Assembly (NCBI GenBank): GCA_002633005.1
Contig: NMRA01000275.1
Coordinates: 395,827-459,826, forward strand
Direction of reading: 5' to 3'
Source: Phoronis australis
Taxonomy: Eukaryota; Animalia; Phoronida
Length of the DNA stretch: 64,000 nt
The notes beneath the pieces are model-generated. The model was given only the letters and a program-made list of their open reading frames with translations. It searched no databases and was not told the DNA's origin. Below, in pieces: positions 62,459-64,000 of this stretch (the first letter of the stretch is position 1; each line of letters begins with the position of its first letter). The position numbers were made by a program, and so were the translations under genes.

Positions 62459-64000
62459 GTAAGACAAAGCATGATGTACCTTGATCCTATAGTGGGCCTC
62501 GTATGAATATGTTGTTGTTATTTAAACATCGGGCAAACTAAGCACATTATGTGCCATCCTAGAAGACCTTGTGCGAAGTGTTCAGGAGAAGACTACAAGG
62601 TCAATCTCAATATTTACAGGTTTAAATTAACGAGGCTTCTTTCTGTTGATTCAAGACATTCATGAATCACTTCGCTTATAGAATAGAAACTATACATTAA
62701 ATTTTGTCCCAGAATTAAACATCTCACCCTCGTTGACCGCTCACTTTTGTGGCTGCCATTTTGTTAGGGTATACTAGTAAGATCCCAAGCATACTTTAAG
62801 AACACTCGTGTTTCACTTAATGTGATTGTGCATGGTCTTGTGTGATCTTGCTTTTTGGTGAGATTCATTATTGTCTACTCATCGCCGGATTTGAACATAG
62901 GGCTTAGCAGTGTTGCAGGCACAGCAGTATGTGTAACCAACTACACATAAGATGCTACTTTGCTCTGTGTTTTGTCAATGCTTCAGGGTGCTTCACTTGT
63001 CACTTTGCTTATGCGTGTATTGTTGGCATGTATGTGGAAATGATTAAAAAACCACTACAGACAGATATAGTTGAGCTGGCTGCCTCTAGTGAATGAAAGC
63101 TGAGCTGACAGCTCTGGCCATGGCATGAAAATATGACAGCAATTCAATGAACAAATGGTGAGTTCATTCAATATTCTCACCTTTACTTGAGCTGTCGGCT
63201 CAGCTATCATTCATTTAAGGTAGGATGCTCAGCTAATATCTCTCTGTCTACAGTGGACCTTAGCAAATTACCTACTTTATGAAAATTGGCTCAGAAAACA
63301 AATCTTGTGAGAAAATTTAGCTTGTTCTGTTGCAAAAGCTTGTTGCATATACTGTTTGCTATTTCATTATCTTTGCCAGGAGCCTTGGAAGGAGGTTATG
63401 TTTCATATTATTTTTATTGAATCATTTTGTGTGTTGCTATCTTGCACAATGTCATACTTTGAATATCAGGTCGGCCGAAAGTTAAAAAAACAGGTAGATA
63501 TGGTAAGTTTACTGTGCACTCTATTCCTTGTTGAAGCATGCGCTGGTGTTTGTTGCTTTCAGTTGCTATGGTTACAGGTTTGCACTGACTCTTTTTGTTT
63601 AAAAATTTTGCTGTTTGTTCATTAAGTAATACGGAATTCACTCACTGAGGGAAGTCGTGGTGAATTTTGTTTTACTCATCCTCCATAGTGACTATGAAGT
63701 ATTTTGTTTGGCCTGTTTTATTGTTAGGTTTCAAAAATTGGAAATTTAGTTGTGTTCTTAGCTAAAACAAAAAAACATAATTTTATTCAGAGCATCTGAA
63801 AAATTTAAAATCCAAGAGTGTTGCTGCCTTTAGTCTTCTTGAAATTCAGTGACTGTAGAGATATCTGAATGAATGTTTTCATACAAAACAGTCCAGTAGC
63901 TGTCAAAAAGCCTTTTTTCATTTTTTATTTCTTGAAAAGCTGCTGTGCCTTCCCCAATTTATACTGCTTGTCCAGTGCAATACATCTTTGAAAATATTTG

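Overview
Eukaryotic genomic DNA, probably from an invertebrate bilaterian (inferred), with two sharply different halves. (1) About 1.2-26.2 kb is a dense, deeply nested set of decayed transposons: about 9 Ty3/Gypsy LTR elements with short LTRs, 2 solo LTRs, an AcademX DNA transposon and a CACTA/EnSpm-like end. Every insertion I can orient (11 of 11) reads on the minus strand. This is the layout of a flamenco-like unistrand piRNA cluster, but that function is inferred. (2) About 26.6-64 kb is ordinary intron-rich gene space. It holds a complete 10-exon MIER1 gene (minus strand, 515 aa by my splicing, one GC-AG intron) head-to-head with the 5' part of DNAI4/WDR78 (plus strand, at least 12 exons, running off the window), the same divergent pair as at human 1p31.3. 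Introns carry a Helentron-associated element with an array of CTCF-like motifs, other non-autonomous DNA transposons and minisatellites. All family and gene assignments come from motif recognition by eye; no database searches were run.
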